Source: Escherichia phage SUT_E1520. Taken from it: DNA of 64,000 nucleotides. Numbering within the stretch: the first letter of the stretch is position 1; the number at the start of each line of letters is the position of its first letter. The position numbers and the translations under genes are program-made. The stretch is from sequence record OQ885479; one strand, given 5' to 3'. The notes under the pieces are model-generated. The model ran no database searches. It saw only the letters and a list, made by a program, of their open reading frames with translations, and was not told where the DNA came from. Shown piece after piece: positions 27,807-37,976 of the stretch.

Positions 27807-29863
27807 TGATTTCGAATAATGCACCAGCCAAAATGGTCTTAAATAGTATAATGACTGGATATACAATGGCATATGTCCAGCACTCTATATATACTGACTA
27901 TGACGTTATTGGTAGATCTTTTTGGTTAAAGACAGGAGAAAGTATAGATAGACGTGATTATACTGGTATAGATACTTTCTTCATAATGATTAATAACCTG
28001 ACCCCTTCAACCTCTTACGAGATTCAAGGGGCTTTCTACGACTCTATTATTGATTCTGAACTGCTAGAGGCTAAGATTGGTATCAATCTCTCTAATGAGA
28101 CTAACTTTAGGACAAAAGAGAAGCCAATAATTGTTGCAGCAAGATCTGAATCAGAACCTGTGGATGTTGGGGTAGGTGCACCGATAGTTGTCGTAGAAAC
28201 AACTGGTGAAGCAAGCTACTGTACTATTGAGTTAAAAAGTACAGCTACTGAAGACAGTCCTTGGACTAAGTATTACATTGGGGCTTTAGGTTCTACTATT
28301 AAATTTGGTGGAGTTCCTATCGGAGATTATAAGATCAGAATATCTGGTCAAGTAACTATGCCTGATGGTGTTACAGTTGATTCTTCTGGGTACTATGAAT
28401 TCCCTAATATTTTAACAGTAGCTTATAATTTTGTTCCTCCTACTGCACCTATCAATATTGTTTTTAAAGCTGCACGAATTGCTGATGGTAAAGAACGATA
28501 TGATGTTAGAATTGAGTGGGATTGGGAACGCGGTGGTGGTGCTAATGTTCGTGAGTTCTTGGTTACATATATAAATTCTGAAGAATACGCTAAGACTGGC
28601 TGGGCTAAAGCTCAAAAGATAAACGTTGGTGCTGCCAGAGCTGCAACAATTATATCATTCCCATGGAAAGTTGAACATACCTTTAAGGTATCATCAATTG
28701 CCTGGGGACCAAATAAACAAGATATAACAGAATCAGCTCCTGTAACATTTATATTGAATGAAGATACTCCTCTAGATAACAGCTTTGTCAATGAGACTGG
28801 TATTGATGTTAACTATGCCTTTATTAAGGGCAGCATGAAAGATGGAGAAATCTGGAGACAGACATTCTTAATCGATGCAGCTACTGGTGCTATTAACATT
28901 GGTCTGCTAGATGAAGAGGGAAAAGCACCTATTTCTTTTGATCCTATAAACCGTGTTGTTAACGTTGATGGTAAAGTAATTACTAGAGATATTAATGCTG
29001 CGAATTTTATCATGACTAACTTATCCGGTAAGGATAATCCAGCAATTTACACTCAAGGTAAATCTTGGGGGGATAATAACTCCGGTATTTGGATGGGCAT
29101 GGATAATACCTCTGCCAAAGCTAAGTTAGACATTGGTAATGCCACACAGTGGATTCGTTATGATGGTGATGTACTACGTATTTCTAGTGGAGTAGTAATT
29201 GGAACACCAAATGGCGATGTAGATATCCAAACAGGTATACAGGGCAAGCAAACAGTATTTGTTTATAAGATATCAACTGCACTTCCAGCAAAGCCACTAG
29301 AACAAGATTATCCGCCTCCTGGTTGGTCAAAAACTCCACCTAATCGTACAGATATGACACAAAATATCTATGCGACTACGGGTACACTTGACCCAGTTAC
29401 TAATAAGCTACTTGCAGGTACTAGCTGGTCTGATGTAGTTCAGTGGAGTGGTACTGAAGGTACTATAGGACATGATGGACAACGTGGTCCTGGAATGTAT
29501 TCCTTAGGTATTCCTGGTCTTGGTGGTTGGGATGATGGGCAGGCTAATGCCTTCTTCCAGAATAACTTTGGTAGTCCTCCAGTTAGATATGATGTATTGA
29601 CAGAGTTTAATAGTAATGCTCCGCAATCTGCATTTACTCGTCAATGGAATGGTTCCGGTTGGGTTAACCCAGCAATGGTACTGCATGGCGATATGATAGT
29701 TAATGGTACGGTAACCGCCAGTAAGATTGTAGCAAATAATGCCTTCTTATCTCAGATCGGTGTTAACGTTATTTATGATAGAAACGCTGCATTATCTGAT
29801 AATCCGGAAGCCTATTACAGAATGAAGATAGACCTGCAAAACGGGTACATCCATATAAGGTAA
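27791..29863 (+). CDS. central straight fibre / baseplate protein (pb4-like)
   Basis: 690 aa; synteny; start may be the internal ATG 15 nt downstream. Confidence 0.75.
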   Translation: MGIHLMISNNAPAKMVLNSIMTGYTMAYVQHSIYTDYDVIGRSFWLKTGESIDRRDYTGIDTFFIMINNLTPSTSYEIQGAFYDSIIDSELLEAKIGINLSNETNFRTKEKPIIVAARSESEPVDVGVGAPIVVVETTGEASYCTIELKSTATEDSPWTKYYIGALGSTIKFGGVPIGDYKIRISGQVTMPDGVTVDSSGYYEFPNILTVAYNFVPPTAPINIVFKAARIADGKERYDVRIEWDWERGGGANVREFLVTYINSEEYAKTGWAKAQKINVGAARAATIISFPWKVEHTFKVSSIAWGPNKQDITESAPVTFILNEDTPLDNSFVNETGIDVNYAFIKGSMKDGEIWRQTFLIDAATGAINIGLLDEEGKAPISFDPINRVVNVDGKVITRDINAANFIMTNLSGKDNPAIYTQGKSWGDNNSGIWMGMDNTSAKAKLDIGNATQWIRYDGDVLRISSGVVIGTPNGDVDIQTGIQGKQTVFVYKISTALPAKPLEQDYPPPGWSKTPPNRTDMTQNIYATTGTLDPVTNKLLAGTSWSDVVQWSGTEGTIGHDGQRGPGMYSLGIPGLGGWDDGQANAFFQNNFGSPPVRYDVLTEFNSNAPQSAFTRQWNGSGWVNPAMVLHGDMIVNGTVTASKIVANNAFLSQIGVNVIYDRNAALSDNPEAYYRMKIDLQNGYIHIR

Positions 29864-29866
29864 ATA

Positions 29867-30289
29867 ATGAGTACTGAAAATAGAGTTATAGATTTAGTAA
29901 TAGATGAGAAAGTACCATATGGTTTAATGATGCAGTTCTTAGATGTTGATGATAGTACTTATCCACCTACAAATACCCCCGTTAACTTAACCGGGTATTC
30001 TCTAAGGGGTACTATAAAAAATAGCCTAGATGAGAATGCGGAGATATTAGCATCCTTTACTACTAATATTATTGATGCTGCTCAAGGGGCTGTAGCTATA
30101 AGTTTGCCAGTAGAATCTGTGGAAAATATAGGGGCTAGAGCATCTAAAGATAGAGATAAATATAACCCTCGTCAGCGATTCGCAGGATACTATGATATAA
30201 TTATGACTAGAGATGTTATAGGATCTGCAATTAGCTCCTTTCGTATAATGGAGGGTAAAGTATTTATCAGTGATGGGGTAACTAAATAA
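29867..30289 (+). CDS. collar protein (p132-like)
   Basis: 140 aa; immediately upstream of the L-shaped tail fibre gene. Confidence 0.6.
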   Translation: MSTENRVIDLVIDEKVPYGLMMQFLDVDDSTYPPTNTPVNLTGYSLRGTIKNSLDENAEILASFTTNIIDAAQGAVAISLPVESVENIGARASKDRDKYNPRQRFAGYYDIIMTRDVIGSAISSFRIMEGKVFISDGVTK

Positions 30290-33057
30290 TGGCAGTAACT
30301 ACTAAAATTATTGTACAACAAATATTAAATATTGATGATACTAAAGCTACTGCTAGTAAGTTTCCTAGATATACAGTAACTCTAGGTAATTCTATTAGCT
30401 CTATTACTGCAAGTGAGTTAGTATCTTCTATTGAGGCTGCAGCTAAGTCTGCTGCAGCTGCAAAAGATTCTGAGATAGCGGCTAAAACTTCGGAGCTTAA
30501 TGCTAAGAACTCTGAACAGGAAGCTGCTATTTCTGCTGGAGCTTCTGAAGCCTCTGCCACTCAGTCCGCTACATCTGCTACTCAATCTGCTGCATCAGCT
30601 ACTAAATCGGAGGAATCAGCAGCTGCAGCTAAAATATCTGAGACTAATGCTAAAACTAGCGAAGATAAGGCAAAGGCTAGTGAAACTAATGCAAAAACTA
30701 GTGAGACTAACGCAAAAACTAGTGAGACTAATGCAAAGGCTAGCGAAGATAAGGCAAAGGCTAGTGAAACTAATGCTGCTGCTTCTGCTATTGCAGCAAA
30801 GACTAGTGAAGATAAGGCAAAGGCTAGTGAAACTAATGCTGCTGCTTCTGCTTCGGATTCTAAAGGCTATAGAGATGGGGCAGAAATATTCTCTGCACAA
30901 GCCGCCGCATCAGCATCCGCTGCAAAAACCTCGGAAACTAATGCAAAAGCTAGTGAAACCAATGCAAAAACTAGTGAAACCAATGCAAAAACTAGTGAAA
31001 CCAATGCAGCCCATTCCGCAGCCTCAGCTAGCCAATCAGTAACTACTATTCAAGGCTTAAAATCAGATGTTGAACAGCTAAAAATAGATACACAAGGTAT
31101 TAAGGATACTGCAGTAGCAGAGACAGTAGCTTTAAAATCAGACGTTGAGCAGCTAAAAATAGACACACAGGGAATTAAGGACGCTGCTGTGTCCGAAACT
31201 ACCACGCTAAAAGATGCTGCTGCTGCTTCCGCTGCACAAGCAAGCAATAGCGCTATCGAAGCAGGACAACAAGCTAGCAATGCTGCTGGTAGCGCACAAA
31301 GCGCATCTACAGACGCTGGGCGCGCGGAAGTGGCTGCTGGAAAAGCTGAAGGTATCATTAGTAAATCGTTATTAAAAGAAAATAATCTTTCAGATCTGTT
31401 GGATATCAATGCTTCTCGTCAGACACTCCTTATAGACTCACTTGTGCAAGATGGGGTTCATACTTTTTTATATTCACATAATAGATTATATAGATTTGTT
31501 ATTAGAGATGATGGTCTTATTGTACTTCAGAGAAATGCAACAGGTGACGGAATTTCATGGGAAACTCTTCCATTATCAACTGCGGCTGGGGGTACAGGAG
31601 CAGATACTCCTGAAGGTGCTAGATATAATTTAGGAGTTGATAGGCTGTTTCAGAATTCTGTAGAAACAGTTTTATATTCTCCAAATAAAAACAAGTATCT
31701 AACCATTCCAGCTGACGGGGATCATTGGGGCGTTTATGATGCTACCACCGATCAATGGCTACCACTAGGTATTCAATTTGGTGGTACAGGTGCTAAGGAT
31801 GCGAATGGTATCAGAAATAATATAGGGCTTGGTGAGAAACATGCGCCAAAGTTCCTTAGTCTTAATGTTGAAAATGAAACGGAAAATGCAGTTACTGCAA
31901 ACGCAGGTATATACCATTCAAAACTAAAGAATACCCAAGGCGAAGATATTGGTTCTTCTCAGTCGTATTTTGAGACTCAAGTAGGCGTAGGAAAGCATAC
32001 AATAGGCGTATTTCATAATGGGTTAGCACAGTATTATCAGTTTAATGAAAATGGTACTTTTTCGGGAGCGAAAAGTATTTCCTTAGCTCCTGGGGCTGGT
32101 ATTTATGCAGACGGGAATGAACGCAATGCGTCACAACTATTCTCAATCATGAATCCACCAATAAACACATGGACTGGTGTAAGTCGTTACAACTGGTATG
32201 ACGATTACGCTATCGCTGGTTTAATCAGAAGAGGCGACACACACGTTGAATCTTTTGGAATAGAATTGTATCAAGCAGGGATACAGTCCTATATGCACAA
32301 GTTTTACCCTGACGGCAGAACTCATTCTGCTCAATACACTGGCAAAACCCAACAAATGGGCTGGGATGATCCTAACTATTGGGGTAATGCTCTTGTTTGG
32401 GGCGAGATTATTCCTAACAATGATGGTGGATGGGCGCCTGGCCTTTCATGGGGTACACAATCAACTGGTGGTTATCCAATTCGTGCAACTTGGGGTCTTA
32501 TCCCACAGGGAAATAATGCTTGGCCTTTTTGCTCGTTAAGACTTCGTGGTGATGGTAATTTTTTCTGTAACTTCCAGTTTCAACCAGCCTCAAACGATAT
32601 AACCACATGGTCATCAAATGGAAACTTCATTTTTCAAAAGGCCGCTAACTCTGACAGAGATTTAAAGCACGATATAATCTATACAGATGGAAAAGAAAGC
32701 TATGATCGCGTTATGCAGTGGCTTCCGACAATGTTTAAATACAATGGAAGCAACATACAGCGATTTGGCTTAATAGCCCAAGACCTTCTAAAAATAGACC
32801 CGGAATATGTAAAATTAATTCCTGGTGGAGATATTTTTGCAGATGTTATAGGTGTTAACGATGACGGTGAAGAATATGTAGACCGCCAAATTGTTGTTGA
32901 CAAAGCAGATGACACATTAGCACTTGATAACAACGTCATTATGGCAGATCTAGCTTGCGCATTTCGTTATCAAGCTGATAAAGTTAACAAACTTGAGCAA
33001 GAATTAACCGAACTGAAGAAACTTGTTAGCGAGCTTATTAAGCCAGATAACTCATAG
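30289..33057 (+). CDS. L-shaped (side) tail fibre, pb1-like, with C-terminal intramolecular chaperone (peptidase S74-type) domain
   Basis: 922 aa; Ala/Ser-rich heptad repeats; C-terminal ANS-DRDLKHD...QELTELKKLV segment typical of self-cleaving chaperone domains. Confidence 0.8.
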   Translation: MAVTTKIIVQQILNIDDTKATASKFPRYTVTLGNSISSITASELVSSIEAAAKSAAAAKDSEIAAKTSELNAKNSEQEAAISAGASEASATQSATSATQSAASATKSEESAAAAKISETNAKTSEDKAKASETNAKTSETNAKTSETNAKASEDKAKASETNAAASAIAAKTSEDKAKASETNAAASASDSKGYRDGAEIFSAQAAASASAAKTSETNAKASETNAKTSETNAKTSETNAAHSAASASQSVTTIQGLKSDVEQLKIDTQGIKDTAVAETVALKSDVEQLKIDTQGIKDAAVSETTTLKDAAAASAAQASNSAIEAGQQASNAAGSAQSASTDAGRAEVAAGKAEGIISKSLLKENNLSDLLDINASRQTLLIDSLVQDGVHTFLYSHNRLYRFVIRDDGLIVLQRNATGDGISWETLPLSTAAGGTGADTPEGARYNLGVDRLFQNSVETVLYSPNKNKYLTIPADGDHWGVYDATTDQWLPLGIQFGGTGAKDANGIRNNIGLGEKHAPKFLSLNVENETENAVTANAGIYHSKLKNTQGEDIGSSQSYFETQVGVGKHTIGVFHNGLAQYYQFNENGTFSGAKSISLAPGAGIYADGNERNASQLFSIMNPPINTWTGVSRYNWYDDYAIAGLIRRGDTHVESFGIELYQAGIQSYMHKFYPDGRTHSAQYTGKTQQMGWDDPNYWGNALVWGEIIPNNDGGWAPGLSWGTQSTGGYPIRATWGLIPQGNNAWPFCSLRLRGDGNFFCNFQFQPASNDITTWSSNGNFIFQKAANSDRDLKHDIIYTDGKESYDRVMQWLPTMFKYNGSNIQRFGLIAQDLLKIDPEYVKLIPGGDIFADVIGVNDDGEEYVDRQIVVDKADDTLALDNNVIMADLACAFRYQADKVNKLEQELTELKKLVSELIKPDNS
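30632..31020 (+). repeat. in-frame 21-bp tandem repeats encoding SETNAK(T/A) heptads inside the fibre gene
   Basis: repeated AGTGA(A/G)AC(T/C)AA(T/C)GCAAA(A/G)ACT units read directly; these generate spurious overlapping ORFs on both strands. Confidence 0.8.
31056..31195 (+). repeat. direct duplication of about 60 bp encoding LKSDVEQLKIDTQGIKD twice
   Basis: two near-identical segments read directly. Confidence 0.75.
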
Positions 33058-33077
33058 TACATATACATAGTACAAAG

Positions 33078-33112
33078 AAACCCCGGTGGACAAAATCCAC
33101 CGGGGTTTTTCT
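33078..33112. terminator. bidirectional rho-independent terminator between late (+) and early (-) modules
   Basis: CCCCGGTGG-N7-CCACCGGGG stem with TTTTT on the + side and a T-rich tract on the - side. Confidence 0.8.
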
Positions 33113-33113
33113 A

Positions 33114-33377
33114 TTACTTGCTTCTACAACCTTCTATAATACCAAGATTATAAATAGCTAATAGTAGTTTTAAATGCTCATTATCCGTATTAGTACAAAG
33201 CTCTACAAAACCTTCAGGGTCCCAGAAAGTAACATTACCTTCTTTATCTGTTTTTAGCACAAACGTTTCTGGTTCAGCAGTTTTAATCTGATAAGTTAAC
33301 ATATTAGTATCAATACCTATCATATTAGGATCAGTAAAATTATTTGCTTCCTGAACTTCCAAATCCACCTTCCCCAC
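33114..33377 (-). CDS. hypothetical protein
   Basis: 87-aa ORF overlapping the dUTPase start; true start uncertain. Confidence 0.4.
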   Translation of the reverse strand: MGKVDLEVQEANNFTDPNMIGIDTNMLTYQIKTAEPETFVLKTDKEGNVTFWDPEGFVELCTNTDNEHLKLLLAIYNLGIIEGCRSK

Positions 33378-33786
33378 GATCAGTCTCCCCTAGTTCGTCA
33401 ACGATTTCAAAATTATGAGTTGAGTAGTGTGGTACTACTACTAGCTGACAAAGTCTTTCAAAATTCTCCAGAGTTTGAATTTCAGAACCGTAGTTAAACA
33501 GATTCATCTTAATAGTTCCACGATAGTCTGAGTCAATCACTCCTGCGGTATTTGCAATCATCAAATGGCGTTTACCTAAAGAACTACGAGGAACTACCAA
33601 ACCGAACCAACCTCGCGGAATTTCTACCGCGACACCGGTGTCAATCATAAGAGATTTGCCTGGTGCAATAGCGCGTAAGTCTGCGGCAGGATTAGTACCA
33701 AAGAATGCTCGCAGATCCATACCTGCGGCATCTTCGGAACCAATCTTAGGCATACAATCTGGATGAGTTAATTTAATTTTAATCAT
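33340..33786 (-). CDS. dut: dUTPase
   Basis: 148 aa; motifs AAGMDLRA, GVIDSDYRG, RGEGGFGSSG. Confidence 0.9.
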   Translation of the reverse strand: MIKIKLTHPDCMPKIGSEDAAGMDLRAFFGTNPAADLRAIAPGKSLMIDTGVAVEIPRGWFGLVVPRSSLGKRHLMIANTAGVIDSDYRGTIKMNLFNYGSEIQTLENFERLCQLVVVPHYSTHNFEIVDELGETDRGEGGFGSSGSK

Positions 33787-34658
33787 TGTTCTGCAATCTC
33801 CAAAATATCTTTTGTAAATTTATCTAATACATCTTGACCTACAGCAGCAATAGCATCCACACAGTAGGTAGGTAAATCAACCAGAATTAGGTTTCGATAA
33901 AGCAATTCTTCCGAAGCATTTAAATTCTGTATATATTTCTGTTTTCCAGGCAGTGGAAGCTGATCAATAATATCCAGAACGTTACCAAATTCACGAATAA
34001 TATTATACCCGCGCTTTGCCCCAATACCTTCAACACCTCGGATATTATCCCCTAAATCACCCATAATTGCTTTCAGGGAGATAAACTGCTCTACATCGTC
34101 AACATTATGATGCTCATACATATCACGAAGATGGTATTCACGACGTGTTGTGAAAGAGAAGCGAGATACTTTATCAGTTAATAAAGTATCCCAGTCACCA
34201 TCAGTAGAAATCAGCCAAACGTGATCATATAGATGCCCGATCAGTTTAACAATATAAGCTGCCATATCATCTGCTTCTACACCCCGAATAGTGAAAGTTG
34301 GGAATGTAGTTTCACATAACTCGAAAGCATCTTTCAAATACTCGAAGAACTGCTCATCTAACGCTTTCTCCTCTTCCGTACGCTGAGAGTATTTCTCATC
34401 TCGATTACCCTTATACTCAGGTAAATGCTCTAAGCGGAATGCAGACTTCCCCTTATCTCCTAAAACTATTGTAGTTCTAGCAGAATAAGATTTTGCTAGA
34501 GACTGAATAGTGGAAACATAACTTGAGGCAAATGGTTTTTTACTGTTGTTATGTTTGAAGCGAAAGCCTAAGTTAGTTCCATCGACAATCATTAGGTTAC
34601 GACGGGAAGCCATTTCAGCTTCCTCTTCTTCAATAAATTTTCCCCAGGATTTACTCAT
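33783..34658 (-). CDS. D15: flap endonuclease / 5'-3' exonuclease (T5 D15-like)
   Basis: 291 aa, equal to T5 D15; N-terminal LMIVDGTNLGFRF. Confidence 0.9.
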   Translation of the reverse strand: MSKSWGKFIEEEEAEMASRRNLMIVDGTNLGFRFKHNNSKKPFASSYVSTIQSLAKSYSARTTIVLGDKGKSAFRLEHLPEYKGNRDEKYSQRTEEEKALDEQFFEYLKDAFELCETTFPTFTIRGVEADDMAAYIVKLIGHLYDHVWLISTDGDWDTLLTDKVSRFSFTTRREYHLRDMYEHHNVDDVEQFISLKAIMGDLGDNIRGVEGIGAKRGYNIIREFGNVLDIIDQLPLPGKQKYIQNLNASEELLYRNLILVDLPTYCVDAIAAVGQDVLDKFTKDILEIAEQ

Positions 34659-35140
34659 TATTTAATTAAGTCCTCAACAGATGCATGATGTAGCCACGGT
34701 TCAAATAAACCAATTACGATTTCCATGTCTTTCTTATTTAACACCATATGGGTACGACTCATTAAGTTGTCAACCATTGGGTCTGAGCTATCCAAAGCTA
34801 TTAACCACTGTCCTCTGTCTTTTTTGAATATTAATGCAGGTTTGGAGTTCATCTGCTCACCTTCACGTGAGCACTGCTGCCACCACTTCTCTAGAGTGGA
34901 TTCACCAACATTAAATAAATTACTTGATATATTATCATCTTTATACCACTTAACTTCGAAGCAGTATTTACTAATGTGTCCGCTTTGTGGTGGAAGGTAG
35001 ATGTCACCTTTCAGTCCGTGGCTCTGGCCAAAAGCACCAGAGCCAGGAACACGTTCCCACTCAAGACCTGTACGCTCACGTAGAATATCTCTTACCTGAT
35101 ATTCACCACGTTTACCTTTCTCTCTACTATCTACAGCCAT
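34658..35140 (-). CDS. D14-like protein, Hjc-type (PD-(D/E)xK) nuclease-like
   Basis: 160 aa; GKRGEYQVRDIL...ERVPGSGAFG...KGDIY resembles the archaeal Hjc resolvase motif arrangement. Confidence 0.5.
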   Translation of the reverse strand: MAVDSREKGKRGEYQVRDILRERTGLEWERVPGSGAFGQSHGLKGDIYLPPQSGHISKYCFEVKWYKDDNISSNLFNVGESTLEKWWQQCSREGEQMNSKPALIFKKDRGQWLIALDSSDPMVDNLMSRTHMVLNKKDMEIVIGLFEPWLHHASVEDLIK

Positions 35141-35143
35141 GTT

Positions 35144-36982
35144 TTATTCTAAGTAGGAAAATCCTTCTGCATCTTTTTTGACAGTAATCTTATGAGCTAG
35201 TGGATGCGTATGCCCATGAGAAACAATGATAGAATTTAGACTTTCTTCCTCGTTTAATAATTCAACAAGAGTGTCAAGTCCTTTCGTATCAATAAAGCTA
35301 ATTACTTCATCAAGGAATAGAAGATTAATATTAACTTTACTAATAGATGTTAACAGCATCCGAATAGCTAACAGGGTTGCTAGGTTAATTCGACTCTGTT
35401 GACCAGTAGAGCAGTTCTCCATACTGGTACGATTTCCATCATTGAAGATTACTACTTGTAATTTTGTTTCATCAAGTTCAAATCCAAGTGCGAATTTACC
35501 GCCAGTCATAATAGAAAGGTATTTATTAATTAGTTCTTCAAATACTTTCACACTATGCTCTAGTTTATATCCTACTAAATTCTTCAATGCAGCAATCAGA
35601 ATATCGAGATCAGCAACAGCTTCTGATACTTCATTTAATTTGGAAGTAATCTCGGACATTTCTGCTTCAGCTTTCTCAATCTGTTCTAGTTTCGCTTTAT
35701 ATTTTGCATTGGCTAATTCGACATTTGCATTATGCTCTTTGGCAATTGCAACCTTAGAACGTCCATCAGCGATTTCCTGTTCTAATTGTCGGATTTGCAC
35801 CTGTAGGATTTGCACATTGAGTTCTTCAAAAGAAGCATCACTCATTGAATTTTTGAACTCGTCCCTAGCTACCACTGCTTTATCCAAGGCATCCTTTGCT
35901 CTAATATACGCAACGTACTCAAGTTGTTCTTTCCTCAACTGTTCTAGCTTAGCTTCAAGAGATTGCTTCTCTTTGAACAGAGGATCATATTCTGTTCTAG
36001 CCATATCCATTGCTTTTTGAGCGGCAGTTGTATCCAGATGAGTACCACAAGTAGGACATTCAGTATTTGAAGCCTCTTGCTTGAACTTCTGATAACGTTT
36101 CTTAACTTCACCAGCACGTGAGGTCACAATCGTTAGGTCACGCGTAACACTTGAGATCTCTTCGTTTTGGTCGGTGGGCGCGGGTAAATTTTTGAAAGGT
36201 TCGAAAGATTGTTCGGCAACTTGTACAGCTTTGTCCAAATTACGCAATTTAGTAATATTAGCCTCTTGAGACTTGGCTAATGCCGCCTTAATTTTCGATT
36301 CAGTAAGTTCTTGTGCTAATGGTTCTTCATCAAACTCCGGTACTTCTACAGGTTCCTGTAGAGTTCCTAGATTATTCTTTCCATTAAGGATTTTCGTAAT
36401 TACAGCCATTTGGCCTTGCAAATTGTTTAAGGTATTTGCTATTTCTTTACGGTCAGCCTTAATAGTTTCTGACATTTCTTTATACTGTTCTTGATTGAAC
36501 AAGTTAACAAGAAAAGCCTTACGTGTTGCATCCGTTGCTTTTAGAAAGTCTAGATTGGAGCCCACCGATTGATAAATCAGTTTGGTGAATGTTTGGAAGT
36601 CACCACCCATAATTTCTTCAATCATCTTGTATGTTTGGGTTGCCGTGTGTCCACTAATATCTTCCCCATTCTTAATAAGAGTTACTTTAGCAGTTGACTT
36701 AACTACTTTATGCAGTTCATACTCATCCTCATCTTTCGAGAAATAAGCGTGCATATCGTATTCTTTTTTCGGAGAAGACCAAGAGAACAGAGCATCTTTC
36801 TTAATACCGCGTGAGTTCTTATTATAGAATAGTTCTTCAATAACAGTAGCAATTGTAGATTTCCCTAGCCCATTGCCCCCGATTAGTTGAGTAACGGGAT
36901 TCTTATCGAGATGAATTACGATGTCCTTACCGTAAGACATAACGTTACTAAATTTTAGTGTCTTAATTGTAATCTTTGACAT
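35144..36982 (-). CDS. SbcC/Rad50-like ATPase (T5 D13-like)
   Basis: Walker A GGNGLGKST, CPTCG zinc hook, Walker B LLFLDEVISFID; start set at ATG 36982 (MSKITIKTLKFSNVMSYG); the track's longer start 37057 is the alternative. Confidence 0.8.
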   Translation of the reverse strand: MSKITIKTLKFSNVMSYGKDIVIHLDKNPVTQLIGGNGLGKSTIATVIEELFYNKNSRGIKKDALFSWSSPKKEYDMHAYFSKDEDEYELHKVVKSTAKVTLIKNGEDISGHTATQTYKMIEEIMGGDFQTFTKLIYQSVGSNLDFLKATDATRKAFLVNLFNQEQYKEMSETIKADRKEIANTLNNLQGQMAVITKILNGKNNLGTLQEPVEVPEFDEEPLAQELTESKIKAALAKSQEANITKLRNLDKAVQVAEQSFEPFKNLPAPTDQNEEISSVTRDLTIVTSRAGEVKKRYQKFKQEASNTECPTCGTHLDTTAAQKAMDMARTEYDPLFKEKQSLEAKLEQLRKEQLEYVAYIRAKDALDKAVVARDEFKNSMSDASFEELNVQILQVQIRQLEQEIADGRSKVAIAKEHNANVELANAKYKAKLEQIEKAEAEMSEITSKLNEVSEAVADLDILIAALKNLVGYKLEHSVKVFEELINKYLSIMTGGKFALGFELDETKLQVVIFNDGNRTSMENCSTGQQSRINLATLLAIRMLLTSISKVNINLLFLDEVISFIDTKGLDTLVELLNEEESLNSIIVSHGHTHPLAHKITVKKDAEGFSYLE

Positions 36983-37940
36983 ATTTCGCAGCTCTAGCCA
37001 AGATTCTATCAATGTCGCCTTGAGATAGCTTCTCAACTTCACGGAAGTAAAGTTCAAGTTCGCCTAACATATCAAGATCAACAAGATTTAACTTAGCGTC
37101 TTTAGTAACTCGATGGTTAATCTTCTTATCTAATAAATCAGAGTCTTTGATAGACTTTAATTGAACAACGTCACCAGTAACTTCATAGACTACACGATCA
37201 TAATCACTAGGTTCCATCTCTTCACCAGCTCCGATTGTTTTACGAATCAGTTGTGGTAAATCACCGAGTTCAATCCATTCTACTTTTAATGTGTCGGTAT
37301 CAACGATAAAGCAACCATTTGTACCTTTTGTGCGTTCTCTATGGAACGATGTAGTTAATGGAGACCCTGGGTAGAGGAGTCTAGTAGATCCGATAGTCTG
37401 GCTATTAGTATAAGAATGTAAATCGCCAGCAATTACAGTATCATAACAGTTGTACTTAGTTAGATCAATTTCTGGTTTTACATGTGGAGGGATTTCACCA
37501 CGAACATGCGTGAAACATAGTTTTGATTCAGATGGTTTCCACTTAGATTTATGGATTTCGTCATATGGAACAATATCAAATTCAGGGGAACGATATGGTT
37601 TGGTAATTACTTCCCACTTACCACTCGTTACTTTATTAATAACTCCTGCATAATGATATAGACATGAAATGGTTTTCGTTAACATTTCATGATTTCCAGT
37701 AAAGATTTTGCCTGGATGGTCAAGTCTTGACATGAACTGTTCAAGCAGTTCTATTTCTTCTGACGACGGGTCGGCAACATCAAGTATATCACCACCAGCA
37801 ATATGAAGATCACAGTTATGATTATGGAATATATCATTTAACCGTTCTCCTAGCATCAGGAAGCGACGCTTCTGCCATTCCTTTGGAACTTTATCTTGTC
37901 CTAGTTTGATATGATGATCAGCACTAAATAATATTCTCAT
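36963..37940 (-). CDS. SbcD/Mre11-like nuclease (T5 D12-like)
   Basis: 325 aa; metallophosphoesterase motifs MRILFSADHH, GNHE. Confidence 0.85.
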   Translation of the reverse strand: MRILFSADHHIKLGQDKVPKEWQKRRFLMLGERLNDIFHNHNCDLHIAGGDILDVADPSSEEIELLEQFMSRLDHPGKIFTGNHEMLTKTISCLYHYAGVINKVTSGKWEVITKPYRSPEFDIVPYDEIHKSKWKPSESKLCFTHVRGEIPPHVKPEIDLTKYNCYDTVIAGDLHSYTNSQTIGSTRLLYPGSPLTTSFHRERTKGTNGCFIVDTDTLKVEWIELGDLPQLIRKTIGAGEEMEPSDYDRVVYEVTGDVVQLKSIKDSDLLDKKINHRVTKDAKLNLVDLDMLGELELYFREVEKLSQGDIDRILARAAKYVKDYN

Positions 37941-37944
37941 TGGT

Positions 37945-37970
37945 TAAAAAGAAAGGGGCCGAAGCCCCTC
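37945..37970 (-). terminator. rho-independent terminator after D11-like gene
   Basis: GGGGC-N-GCCCC stem with a T-run on the minus strand. Confidence 0.6.
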
Positions 37971-37976
37971 TATTTA

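Noticed and set aside
30632-31020. CRISPR-like array
   Set aside because: The 21-bp repeats are contiguous with no spacers and are in-frame coding sequence of the tail fibre.
30282-31409. Overlapping ORFs 30282-30560(-), 30500-31042(+), 30616-30900(-), 31050-31409(-)
   Set aside because: Artefacts of the in-frame tandem repeats inside the tail-fibre gene; low-complexity translations.
35442-36494. Ser-rich antisense ORFs 35442-36020(+) and 36273-36494(+)
   Set aside because: Antisense to the SbcC-like gene, low-complexity, no translation signals.
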